Part shown: piece after piece, positions 20,904 to 30,974 of the stretch
Layout: each line of letters opens with the position of its first letter
Numbering within the stretch: position 1 is the first letter of the stretch
Assembly (NCBI GenBank): GCA_948434985.1
Contig: CAOJFV010000001.1
Span: forward strand, 36,033-100,032
Direction of reading: 5' to 3'
Length of the DNA: 64,000 bases
Source: an uncultured Clostridium sp.
GTDB lineage: Bacteria > Bacillota > Clostridia > TANB77 > CAG-508
Notes under the pieces: model-generated
Databases searched by the model: none
Told to the model about the DNA's origin: nothing
The model's input: only the letters and a program-made list of their open reading frames with translations
Translations under genes and position numbers: made by a program

Positions 20904-21299
20904 ATGCAAGTAAATGTAGAAATAACTTCAAAACAAATCTTCATAGATCATGAAGAAGGGGAATCACATAAATGCTTAGGAGAAATAACCTATCATAATA
21001 ATGGAACAGTACTAGAATTTACAGAAAAATATGAGGAACAAGAATTAGAATTTAAAATGACTATACTAGAAGAAAAAGTTATTACAGATAGAAATGGACA
21101 ACGTATGATATTTGATTTACAAAATAAAAACCAATCAGTTTTAACTACTCCATATGGTGAAATTGAATTAGTAATAACAACTAAAAAAATTCAAATATCG
21201 AAATTTGATAATGAAATAAAACAAATATATTTAGAATATGAAATAGAACTAGAAAATAGTGAAAAATATAATAATATAGTAGAGATAAGTATTAGTTAA
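20904..21299 (+). CDS. DUF1934-like small beta-barrel protein
   Basis: 131-aa ORF resembling YwiB-type proteins. RBS AAGGAG. Confidence 0.6.
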   Translation: MQVNVEITSKQIFIDHEEGESHKCLGEITYHNNGTVLEFTEKYEEQELEFKMTILEEKVITDRNGQRMIFDLQNKNQSVLTTPYGEIELVITTKKIQISKFDNEIKQIYLEYEIELENSEKYNNIVEISIS

Positions 21300-21434
21300 T
21301 GCTTAATCTTCATTCGAGCTACTTTATATTATGAGCTGAAATGTAACAAGTATTTATTATTTTTTACATAAAGTCTTGAAAAATCTACATAATGTTGGTA
21401 TAATAGAAACACCATGAATATGGGAGGATGTTAA

Positions 21435-22340
21435 ATGATTTTTAAAGACTATTACAAAATATTAGGATTAGATAGCAATAAAGTATCAATGGAAGATATA
21501 AAACAAGCATACCGTGAGCAAGCCAAAAAATATCATCCAGATGTAAATGTAGGAAATATAGTTTCCGAAGAGAGATTTAAGGATGTAAATGAAGCATATC
21601 AAGTATTATCAAATAATGCAACAAAAAGAAAATACGATAGAATGTGGAATACACATATAGGAAATAAAAGAAAAAAGCAACAGTATCAAGAGAGTAAACG
21701 TGGAAGAGATGCAATATTTAGTGATTTTTTTAATATGTTTTTTGGTAATATAAAAGAAAAAGAAGAACAAGAAGAGACCAAAGATAGGAAAAAGTCACAA
21801 ATAAAGGGTGAAAATATAGAAACAGAAGTACCAGTATCTATTATGGAAGCTTTCTATGGAATGAATAAAAAAGTATCATTACGAACAATAGATGCAAAAA
21901 TGAAAACATTTGATATTAAAGTGCCAGCAGGAATTAGAGATGGCGAAAAAGTTAGATTAATAGGACAAGGAAAATTAGGGCAAAATGGTGGAAAAAATGG
22001 AGATTTATTTATAAAAATCAAAATTGAAAAAGACAATAGATTTGAACTAATAGGATATGATTTATATACATCACTATATTTAACTCCATGGGAAGCAGCT
22101 TTAGGAACAAGAGCAAATCTTGAAGGAATAGATGATACAGTTTCAGTATATGTTCCAGCAGGAATAGGAAGCGGAGAAAAATTACGTATAGCAGGAAAGG
22201 GATATAAAGACGGAAAAGGTGGAAGAGGAGACCTTGTAGCCATAGTAAAAATAGTAGTGCCTAAAAAATTAACTGAACAAGAAAAAGATTTATATGAGAA
22301 AATGAAACAAATATCAAACTTTAATCCAAGAGCAAAATAA
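21435..22340 (+). CDS. J-domain co-chaperone (CbpA-like DnaJ without zinc finger)
   Basis: DYYKILGL...HPD J-domain plus DnaJ C-terminal repeats. Confidence 0.8.
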   Translation: MIFKDYYKILGLDSNKVSMEDIKQAYREQAKKYHPDVNVGNIVSEERFKDVNEAYQVLSNNATKRKYDRMWNTHIGNKRKKQQYQESKRGRDAIFSDFFNMFFGNIKEKEEQEETKDRKKSQIKGENIETEVPVSIMEAFYGMNKKVSLRTIDAKMKTFDIKVPAGIRDGEKVRLIGQGKLGQNGGKNGDLFIKIKIEKDNRFELIGYDLYTSLYLTPWEAALGTRANLEGIDDTVSVYVPAGIGSGEKLRIAGKGYKDGKGGRGDLVAIVKIVVPKKLTEQEKDLYEKMKQISNFNPRAK

Positions 22341-22370
22341 TGTTAACATAAACAAAAACCATAAAAAGCA

Positions 22371-22399
22371 TTGACATAATAAGAAAAATAGTATATAAT
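22371..22399 (+). promoter_or_regulatory. consensus sigma-A promoter
   Basis: TTGACA, 17-nt spacer, TATAAT, followed by a 5'-UTR hairpin gtatagt/actatac. Confidence 0.65.
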
Positions 22400-22464
22400 T
22401 GTGTATAGTGGTAAAAAATGAACTACTATACATATGATAAAAAATAAAAAGTGGGGTAAATAAA

Positions 22465-22980
22465 ATGGAAAGTTTTCAAGGCAAGCATTTTAGTATAACA
22501 GACCCAAAAGATGTAAACACAGTAATATACAGAATAAATAAAACAGAAAAAGAGTTTTTAAAAGATTCACCAAAATTTACAGTTGAAAGATTAGATTATA
22601 TGGAAGAACTAAATGGAGAACTAAAAAAGAAAACCTTTTTTGTTGATCACCCATCACCAGATGGAGAACAGCTTGTGATTTTATCATTTGGAAAGGATAA
22701 AGTAGTAGTAAATACTGGTATTATGGAAGAAGAAAAGCTACGTATTTCAAAAAAGCCAATCCCTGTTAAATTTAATACTTTATATTCAGAAGAAAGTTCT
22801 GTATATAAAGAATTTAAATATACACCAAATTTAAAAAGGCCAATATCAATAATTGACCCAGAAACCACAGAAGAAATAAAACCAATAGTATATTTGGATA
22901 AAGAAACCAATGAGGTAAAAGGTAAGTGTAAATTAAAACCATATAAATCTTATTTCGCATTTGAAATAAGAGAAGATTAA
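22465..22980 (+). CDS. hypothetical protein
   Basis: 171-aa ORF, first gene of a three-gene unit. Confidence 0.5.
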   Translation: MESFQGKHFSITDPKDVNTVIYRINKTEKEFLKDSPKFTVERLDYMEELNGELKKKTFFVDHPSPDGEQLVILSFGKDKVVVNTGIMEEEKLRISKKPIPVKFNTLYSEESSVYKEFKYTPNLKRPISIIDPETTEEIKPIVYLDKETNEVKGKCKLKPYKSYFAFEIRED

Positions 22981-22992
22981 AGGAGAGTAGAA

Positions 22993-23325
22993 ATGGAAAA
23001 TTCAATTGAAAAACCAGAAAATTACAAAGTAGTTTTTGGAGATATGGCATATGATGGAAAAACAAATCAAATCGAATGTCCACCAACAACAGTAAAGAAT
23101 AAAATAAATCTACCAAAATATAAAGTTCCAATGCAAGAAGGAGAAGTAGTAATAAAGGTAGAAAACTCTAGAGCAGAATATGAAAAAGATGAAAATGGAA
23201 AAATAATAAGAATGATATCTTTAGACAGAGAAGTACCAAAAATGCCAGAAATAACTGGAGATTTTGAAGGTGAAATAAATGAAAAAGGTGAAATAGTAAG
23301 AGATACAGCTGATATTGACAGATAA
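22993..23325 (+). CDS. hypothetical protein
   Basis: 110-aa ORF with a GGAGAG RBS. Confidence 0.5.
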   Translation: MENSIEKPENYKVVFGDMAYDGKTNQIECPPTTVKNKINLPKYKVPMQEGEVVIKVENSRAEYEKDENGKIIRMISLDREVPKMPEITGDFEGEINEKGEIVRDTADIDR

Positions 23326-23354
23326 ACTTATACAAAAGATAGAGGTGAATTTCT

Positions 23355-25386
23355 ATGGGATATAAAATAGAAGGAGCTATGAGAAGAAATAAAAAGAATT
23401 TTATAATATTTGTAGTACTATGGGTAATTTTATCCATAGTATTCGTTATGCCTATAGCATATAGCATTACAAATGCATCAAGTGGTGGAGAATTTGATAT
23501 GGCAAAATTCTTTAATGGAATATATGAAGGAGTTACAAACTTAGGAACAGTTATAGGAAAAACATTCACACCAGATTATATAGGAACATTTTTCTCTACA
23601 CTATTAAAATTTAGTGTATTATATGCAATATTCGTATTAATAGGTCTAATAAAAACAGCTCCCAAAAATGAATATTCAGATATAGAACATGGTTCAAGTG
23701 ACTGGTCAAAAAATGGAGAACAATATAGAATTTTAAGTAACAAAAAAGGAATAATTTTAGCAAAAAATAATTATTTGCCAGTAGACAAGAGAGGAAACGT
23801 AAACGTATTAGTAGTTGGACGGATCAGGTTCTGGTAAATCAGCATCATATTCAATACCAAATGCATATCAAATGCTTGGGTCATACGTATTTACAGATCC
23901 AAAAGGAGAATTATACGATAAAACAGCAGGATATTTAAAACAACATGGATACGATATAAAAGTATTAAATCTAGTACGACCTGGGAATAGCGATGGATAT
24001 AACCCATTAATGCACATATCAAGTGAATTAGATGTAGACGTTATAGCAAACACAGTAGTAAAAGGACAAAAAACAGAATCAGGACAAGACCCTTATTGGG
24101 ATGATATGGCAGAAATGCTATTAAAAGCCCTAATTTATTACTTAATAGCAACCAGACCACCAGAAGAACAAAACCTATCAAGCTGTGCAGAATTAGTTAG
24201 AGCAGCAAACAAAAATGGTGGAAGTAACTTACTTACTGAATTAATGAATCAACTACCTTATGACCATCCAGCTAGAATGAACTATAAATCAATTGAAATT
24301 GCGCCAGAAAAAACATATGGTTCAATACTTTCTAGTTTACAATCAAAATTAGGAAAATTTGATTCAAAAGAAATAGCAGAACTAACATCTACAAATACAA
24401 TAGATTTTGAAGAAATAGGAAGTAAAAAAACAGCTGTATATGTTATATCATCAGATACACATACAGCATACGACTTCTTACTTACAATATTCTTCTCACA
24501 AATGATACAACAACTATACGATTTTGCAGATAGAAATGGTGGAAAACTACCAGTACCAACATACTTCATATTAGATGAGTTTGCAAACATTGGTAAAGTA
24601 CCAGATTTCGATAAAAAAATATCAACATCTAGAAGTAGAAAAATATCATTCAGCGTTATTTTACAAAACTTAGACCAATTAGAAGCAGTATATGAAAAAT
24701 CATATGAAACCATAATTGGTAACTGTGATACACATGTATTTTTAGGAAGTAACTCACAAAAAACAGTAGAATACTTCTCGAAAGCATTAGGAGAAAAAAC
24801 AATAGAAAGAGAAAGTGTATCCGTAAATAAAGATAAACACAATTGGAGACAAGGCGTAAACGTATCAGACCAAGTGATGGCAAGAGCGCTTATGACACCA
24901 GATGAATTAAGAAGAATGGATAATGACCTTTGTATCATTTACGAAAAAGGGATAAAACCAATAAAAGCAGAGAAATTTTATTACTTCCAAACAGGAATGG
25001 CAAGAAAGTTAGATGCATATACAATGAGTCACAATGATGTAGAACAAGTAGACAGAGGAGCATGGAGAAAGTACAATCCATATAATCCATATGTACCAGA
25101 AGATGAAAAGAAAAAACAAGTAGACAATTTAAAAGTAGAATCATTAGACGACTTATTTGATGAAACAGAAGAAAAGTCACAACCTAAAGAAGAAAATAAA
25201 TTAAGCGATAATAAATTAAATGAAGTAAAATTAGATGAAATAAAAGTAGAACCTATAAAAAAAGAAGAAGCACCAATATTACCACAAGGAGATAAAACGT
25301 TAGATGATGAATTAGATATGGACTTACAAAAAGAATTAGAAGCAAAATTTGATGAATTATTTGGTCCACTAGATGATAATGATTAA
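23355..25386 (+). CDS. type IV coupling protein (VirD4/TraG/TraD family ATPase); needs a +1 shift at CGG 23820
   Basis: N-terminal TM segments, Walker A VVGG-SGSGKS restored by the shift, and FILDEFANIG Walker B. Acidic C-terminal tail. Confidence 0.85.
23820..23822 (+). other. in-frame CGG, +1 recoding site
   Basis: gtt gga CGG atc agg ttc tgg taa. Shifted reading gives VG-GSGSGKSAS. Confidence 0.8.
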
Positions 25387-25388
25387 AC

Positions 25389-25422
25389 CAAAACCCCAGT
25401 AACGATAGTTACTGGGGTTTTC
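25389..25422 (+). terminator. rho-independent terminator
   Basis: aaaaccccagtaac / gttactggggtttt. Confidence 0.75.
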
Positions 25423-25462
25423 AAATAGTACACAGCAACAAAAACAAATGTTTTAAAAGATA

Positions 25463-25491
25463 TTGACTTTTTAACATTTATTATATATAAT
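25463..25491 (+). promoter_or_regulatory. sigma-A promoter of the small-peptide mRNA
   Basis: TTGACT, 17-nt spacer, TATAAT. Confidence 0.6.
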
Positions 25492-25562
25492 GCTAATTGA
25501 AAATAAGGAAAAGCAGAATGTGGTTGCCATCTCACTATACATAAGAATAGGAGGTGGTGCGA

Positions 25563-25676
25563 ATGATAGAAAGAGCATTAATACAATTTGTAATATTATT
25601 TTTTATTAGTCTATGTGCTATGACTATTATAGCAGTTGCCTTAATTATAGCTTTAGTTGTAATTATTAGCAAATAA
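25563..25676 (+). CDS. 37-aa hydrophobic peptide (type I toxin-like)
   Basis: Strong RBS AGGAGGTGG. Sequence MIERALIQFVILFFISLCAMTIIAVALIIALVVIISK forms a single TM helix. Below the ORF-track cutoff. Confidence 0.55.
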   Translation: MIERALIQFVILFFISLCAMTIIAVALIIALVVIISK

Positions 25677-25758
25677 AACGATACACATCTCTGCGCCATA
25701 GAGATGTGTACCAAAAAACATATCATAATTGTAACCACGCTTTGTGGACCTTATTTTC
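25672..25758 (-). ncRNA. candidate cis-antisense sRNA convergent on the peptide gene
   Basis: Starts after the minus-strand consensus promoter. Ends at hairpin tacacatctct/agagatgtgta, which has a U-tract only in the minus orientation. Ends are approximate. Confidence 0.45.
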
Positions 25759-25765
25759 TATAAAT

Positions 25766-25794
25766 ATTATATTATAGAAAATAATATTTGTCAA
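25766..25794 (-). promoter_or_regulatory. consensus sigma-A promoter on the minus strand
   Basis: The reverse complement reads TTGACA, 17-nt spacer, TATAAT. Confidence 0.6.
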
Positions 25795-25829
25795 TAAAAT
25801 AAAAACTATTTGATAGAGGAGATAAAATC

Positions 25830-26898
25830 ATGAAATTTGTACATATAGCAGATATGCATTTGGATGTACCATTTACAACACTTTCAAGAAATGGCTTAGG
25901 AGAAAAAAGAAGATTAGAGCAAAGAAAAATGTTTAAACAAATAATAGATTACATAGCACAAAACGAAATAAATTACTTATTTATTGCAGGTGATTTATAT
26001 GAACATGAATATGTAAAATATAGTACTATCGAATACATAAATAATTTATTTAAAGAAATACCAAACACTAAAATATATATAGTACCAGGAAACCATGATC
26101 CAAAAATAAAAGACTCATATTATAATAACTTTAACTGGAATTCAAATGTACATATTTTTGATGAGAAAGTTCGGAAAAGTAGTAGAAGCTGAGGTAGATA
26201 TATATGGATTTGGGTTTGATAATTTCTATAAACAAAATTCTAATTTAAATGAAATAAAAATAGAAGATCCAAGCAAAATAAATATTTTAATAACACATGG
26301 AGCATTAGATGGAAAAACTAAAGAAGATATGCAATACAATCCACTCTCAAAAAGAGAATTGAAAGCATTAGGTTTTGACTATGTGGCATTAGGTCACATA
26401 CATAAGCCATATTATAATGAAGAACAAGGTCAAAGAATAGTATATCCAGGTTCTACTATAAGCTTGGGATTTGATGAATTAGGCAGTCATGGAATGATAG
26501 TAGGAAACATAGAAAAAGATAAAAAACTAGAAATAACTTTTATACCTGTAAGTAAAACCGAATTTGTAGAAGACAAAATAGATATAAGTGAGATTATATC
26601 AAAAGAAGAATTAATAGAAAGATTAAACAATATTAAAACGGAAGAAAATAAATATTATAAAATTATTTTAATAGGAGCAAGAAACTTTGAAATAAACACA
26701 TATGAAATACTAAGATTAATAGAAAATAAAAATATAATCAAGCTTAAAGATAATACTAAACTAAAAGTAAATCTTGAAGAATTAACAAAAGAAAAAAGTT
26801 TAAAAGGAATATTTGTAAAAAATATGTTAGAAAAAATTACTATAGATAATGAAGAAGAAATTATTAAAGCAATAGAAATAGGGTTAGAAGTTATGTAG
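25830..26898 (+). CDS. sbcD: DNA repair exonuclease SbcD/YhaO-like (Mre11 family); needs a +1 shift at CGG 26172
   Basis: MKFVHIADMHLD, GDLYEH, GNHD and GHIH phosphoesterase motifs span both ORF halves. Confidence 0.85.
26172..26174 (+). other. in-frame CGG, +1 recoding site
   Basis: aaa gtt CGG aaa agt. Shifted reading gives KV-GKVVEAEVDIYGFG. Confidence 0.8.
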
Positions 26899-26916
26899 AA
26901 AAGAAAGGGTTAATCT

Positions 26917-28812
26917 ATGAAAATTTTAAATCTAAAAATAAACAACTTTGGTAAACTTATCAATAAAGAAATAGAATTAAAAGATGGAATAAACATTATT
27001 TATGGAGAAAATGAAAGTGGAAAATCAACATTACTAAAATTCATAATGGGAATGTTCTATGGTTTATCGAAAAATAAAAATGGAAAATTTATACCAGACT
27101 ATGAAAGATATACACCATGGGGCGGTGGAGAATTCTCAGGTAAAATTTCATATGAGCTAGATAATGGAGAAAAATATGAAGTATTTAGAGATTTTAAAAA
27201 GAAAAATCCTAGTATATATAATGAAGATTTAGAGGATATTTCAAAAAGCTTTAACATAGATAAGACTACTGGAAATAAATTCTTCTATGATCAAACAAAA
27301 GTAGATGAAGAACTATTTTTATCTACTATTTGTTCAGTGCAAGAAGAAACTAAGCTAGAGGAAAAAGAGCAACTAGCATTAGTACAAAAAATGTCTAACT
27401 TAGCAAGTACAGGTGAAGACAATCTTTCATTTCAAAAAGTTATGTCAAAACTGAATAAAAAACAAATAGAAGAAATAGGAACTAATAGAACAACTGATAG
27501 GCCAATAAATATAGTTACAAAAAGGTTAGAAGAAATAAACAATGAAAAAGAATCTTTAGCAAACTTTAAAAATAAACAATATGATATAGAAGTAGAGAAA
27601 CAAACTTTAGAGCAAATTGTAAAAGAGCAAGAAAGCAGGTTAGATTTATTAAAGGAACTTAGAACTTTACAAGAAAAAAGACAATTAGAAAAAGAAAAAA
27701 TAAAGATAAATGAAGATACTATAAAAGAATACAATAAAAAAATAGAAAACTTAAATAGTAAAAACAATGAAACTAAAGAAGATTTTATAAAACAAGAAAA
27801 TAAAAGTAAAATAAATGAAGGTAAAACATTAATATTAGTATCTATACTATTGATATTAATAAGTATAATATCAATAGTACTAATTAAAAATGATATACTA
27901 ATTGCAATTAGTATAGTATTATCAATAATAACATTAATAACTTTAGGTTATACACAATATAGAAAAAAATTGGGAAGCATTAAAGCTGAAAAACTTCAAA
28001 ATGTGAATAACATAAACATAAAAAATGAAATAGAAATACTTAGTAATTCATGTAAAAAGTTAGAAAAAGAGACAAAAACGGCAAATGAAAAAATAGAAAG
28101 AGAATATAAAGAAGAAACGGAAAAGTTAAGAAATAAATATATAGGAATAATTCCAATAAAAACAATTGATGAGATGCTTTTAAAAGAATCTTTAATATAC
28201 GATATAAATTTATTACAAAATAATATAAGTGATAATAAAATAAAATTACATAGTACAAAACTAGATAAAGATAATATAATACCAAAACTAGAAAACCTAG
28301 CGAGTCTTGAAGAGGAATATAGTGAATTAGAAGAACAATATACGCAGTTATACAATAAAAATGAGCAAATAAATTTAGTAAAACAAGAAATAGAAAAAGC
28401 TTATGAAATAATGAAAAAAGATATTACTCCTAAGTTCACAAGCAATTTATCAAAAATAATAGAAAAAATATCCATAGGCAAATATAAAAATGTCCAATTT
28501 GATGAAACGCAAGGAATGATTGTAGAAGTTGAAAATGGCAATTATATGCTAGCTAAAAATTTAAGTGTAGGAACAATAGACCAATTATATTTATCATTAA
28601 GACTTAGTGCGAGTAGTGATTTATCTTGCGAAGATTTACCAATAATATTAGATGAAACATTTGCATATTTTGATAATTCAAGACTTGAGAGCATATTAAA
28701 ATATTTAAACGAAGAATATAGAAATAGGCAGATAATACTATTTACTTGTACAAATAGAGAAAAGGAAACACTAGATAAATTAGGAATAAAATTTAGCACA
28801 GTAGATTTATAA
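26917..28812 (+). CDS. SbcC/YhaN-like AAA ATPase with coiled coils and a central TM hairpin
   Basis: GENESGKST Walker A, long coiled coil, and C-terminal LPIILDETF Walker B. Confidence 0.75.
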   Translation: MKILNLKINNFGKLINKEIELKDGINIIYGENESGKSTLLKFIMGMFYGLSKNKNGKFIPDYERYTPWGGGEFSGKISYELDNGEKYEVFRDFKKKNPSIYNEDLEDISKSFNIDKTTGNKFFYDQTKVDEELFLSTICSVQEETKLEEKEQLALVQKMSNLASTGEDNLSFQKVMSKLNKKQIEEIGTNRTTDRPINIVTKRLEEINNEKESLANFKNKQYDIEVEKQTLEQIVKEQESRLDLLKELRTLQEKRQLEKEKIKINEDTIKEYNKKIENLNSKNNETKEDFIKQENKSKINEGKTLILVSILLILISIISIVLIKNDILIAISIVLSIITLITLGYTQYRKKLGSIKAEKLQNVNNINIKNEIEILSNSCKKLEKETKTANEKIEREYKEETEKLRNKYIGIIPIKTIDEMLLKESLIYDINLLQNNISDNKIKLHSTKLDKDNIIPKLENLASLEEEYSELEEQYTQLYNKNEQINLVKQEIEKAYEIMKKDITPKFTSNLSKIIEKISIGKYKNVQFDETQGMIVEVENGNYMLAKNLSVGTIDQLYLSLRLSASSDLSCEDLPIILDETFAYFDNSRLESILKYLNEEYRNRQIILFTCTNREKETLDKLGIKFSTVDL

Positions 28813-28991
28813 TTTAATTCATCATTTTTATAATATAGCTTGAATATTAACTACAATTTTGTAAAGCTGAACAGAGTAATGTTGAATATTATGTTAATGT
28901 GTGGTAAAATAGTAATATAATGTTTTTGAAACCAAAAAGTTAAAAAACTTGGAGGTTTTAAAACCTCCAAATAAATATAAGGAGGAAAATT

Positions 28992-29615
28992 ATGCGGGAA
29001 TTACTAGAAAAAATTGCATATATTGCAATAAGAATTGCAAAAGGAAATGTTTACTTTTTCGATAAGGAGGGTATATACAGAAGAGTTAGTGTCAATGAAG
29101 CAAAAGAAATGAACTTAAGATATCTCTATGTCCGAGAAGATGGAAGTATATACATAGATTTAGAGAAGTTTGTGCAATATATACCAAATGTAACTAATCA
29201 AATTTTAATAAGGAAGGTTATTTGCAAATTAAATCCAGAAGATGAAATTGAAAAACTTGATGAATACTTGCAAACAGTAAAAATGAATGTTAGGGATAAG
29301 CCAAAAGGATTAGATAGGTTTATAACAAAGATTCAAAAGCCATATTTTACAAGAAAGCCAGAAAACACAAACACAGATACATTTGATTATATTAATATTG
29401 ATGTAAATATAGTTTCTGAATGGGAAGAAGGAAGAAAAGAATACATTATAAGACATAGTGAAGAAATCTGGCAAAGAGTAATTAGTAAACTTAAAGGAAG
29501 TAGAGAATTCCAAAGATATGGGGTACCAGTTAATTTTCTAAAAGCTAATCTAACTATAACCAAAAGTAGTATACTCAGATTTACATTTGAACTTAAAAAT
29601 GCAGATAAAGAGTAA
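28992..29615 (+). CDS. hypothetical protein, orphan
   Basis: 207-aa ORF with an AAGGAGG RBS. Codon 2 is an in-frame CGG read as sense. Confidence 0.5.
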   Translation: MRELLEKIAYIAIRIAKGNVYFFDKEGIYRRVSVNEAKEMNLRYLYVREDGSIYIDLEKFVQYIPNVTNQILIRKVICKLNPEDEIEKLDEYLQTVKMNVRDKPKGLDRFITKIQKPYFTRKPENTNTDTFDYINIDVNIVSEWEEGRKEYIIRHSEEIWQRVISKLKGSREFQRYGVPVNFLKANLTITKSSILRFTFELKNADKE

Positions 29616-29628
29616 AAGAGCCGCAAAT

Positions 29629-29669
29629 GAGCATACGAAATTCAATAATTAATTGAATTTCGTATGCTC
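29629..29669. terminator. perfect 18-bp hairpin
   Basis: gagcatacgaaattcaat / attgaatttcgtatgctc. Confidence 0.5.
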
Positions 29670-29827
29670 GTAAATTATTTGTAGATGAGTACTACATTTG
29701 TGCTAGTTACAATAATATTATATTGAATTGTAACGTAATTAGCATAAATATAGAACAGTTACTATTGATAAATTAAAAAAATGCGTGTATAATACTATAG
29801 TATTAAAAAATAAGAGGAGAGACAAAT

Positions 29828-30895
29828 ATGTTTCAAAAATTAGATGATGTAGAAAAAAGATATGATGAGTTAACAGAAAAGATTAGTGACCCAGAAGTTA
29901 TTTCAAGAACTAATGAATGGCAAAAACTTATGAAAGAACATTCTGATATGACACCAATAGTTGAAAAATATAGAGAATACAAAAAAGTAAAAGCAAATTA
30001 TGAAGAAGCTTTAGAAATGATGAAAGAAGAAGACAAAGAAATAAAAGACCTTGCAGAAGCAGAAATGTTAGAATCTAAAGAGAAGCTAAGAGTAATTGAG
30101 GAAGAATTAAAAATATTATTAATTCCCAAAGACCCAGATGATGATAAAAATGCTATCTGTGAAATAAGAGGTGGAGCAGGAGGAGAAGAAGCTGCTTTAT
30201 TTGCAGGAACATTATTTAGAATGTATTCAATGTATGCAGAAAGAAAACACTGGAAAATAGAAATATTAAATGAAAATGAAACAGGACTTGGAGGATACAA
30301 GGAAATTTCATTTATGGTTACAGGAAAAGGTGTATACTCAAGATTAAAATTTGAAAGTGGAGTACACCGTGTACAAAGAGTTCCAGATACAGAGTCAAGT
30401 GGAAGAATACATACATCAACTGCGACAGTTGCAGTACTTCCAGTAGTAGAAGATGTAGAAATAGATATAAACCCAGCGGATATAAAGATGGATGTATTTA
30501 GAGCATCAGGAGCTGGAGGACAACACGTAAATAAAACATCTTCAGCAGTAAGGTTAACCCACATTCCAACAGGACTTGTTGCAGAATGCCAAACAGAACG
30601 TTCACAAGTACAAAACAGAGAATATGCAATGAGACTATTAAGTTCAAGACTATATGAAATAGAAAAGAACAAAAGAGATTCTGAACTTGCAAACGAAAGA
30701 AAAAGTCAAGTAGGAAGCGGAGATAGAAGTGAGAAAATTAGAACATATAACTATCCGCAAGGACGTATAACAGATCATAGAATAGGACTTAGTATATTCC
30801 AAATGGAAGACTTTTTAAATGGAAATTTAGATGAAATGTTAGACTCTTTAATTGCAGCAGATAGAGCAGAAAGATTAAAAGGCGACGAAGAGTAG
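29828..30895 (+). CDS. prfA: peptide chain release factor 1
   Basis: PxT-type region, GGQHVNKT motif, 355 aa. Confidence 0.95.
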   Translation: MFQKLDDVEKRYDELTEKISDPEVISRTNEWQKLMKEHSDMTPIVEKYREYKKVKANYEEALEMMKEEDKEIKDLAEAEMLESKEKLRVIEEELKILLIPKDPDDDKNAICEIRGGAGGEEAALFAGTLFRMYSMYAERKHWKIEILNENETGLGGYKEISFMVTGKGVYSRLKFESGVHRVQRVPDTESSGRIHTSTATVAVLPVVEDVEIDINPADIKMDVFRASGAGGQHVNKTSSAVRLTHIPTGLVAECQTERSQVQNREYAMRLLSSRLYEIEKNKRDSELANERKSQVGSGDRSEKIRTYNYPQGRITDHRIGLSIFQMEDFLNGNLDEMLDSLIAADRAERLKGDEE

Positions 30896-30974
30896 ATAAA
30901 ATATAAAAAATGAATAAAAAATCTCCTTAATAAATAAACTATTATTAAAGTTATTTATTTAAGGAGATTTTATT

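Noticed and set aside
25535-25738. 67-aa minus-strand ORF.
   Set aside because: It lies opposite the RBS-preceded 37-aa peptide gene and spans the hairpin. It has no RBS, and promoter and terminator geometry support the small peptide and the antisense RNA instead.
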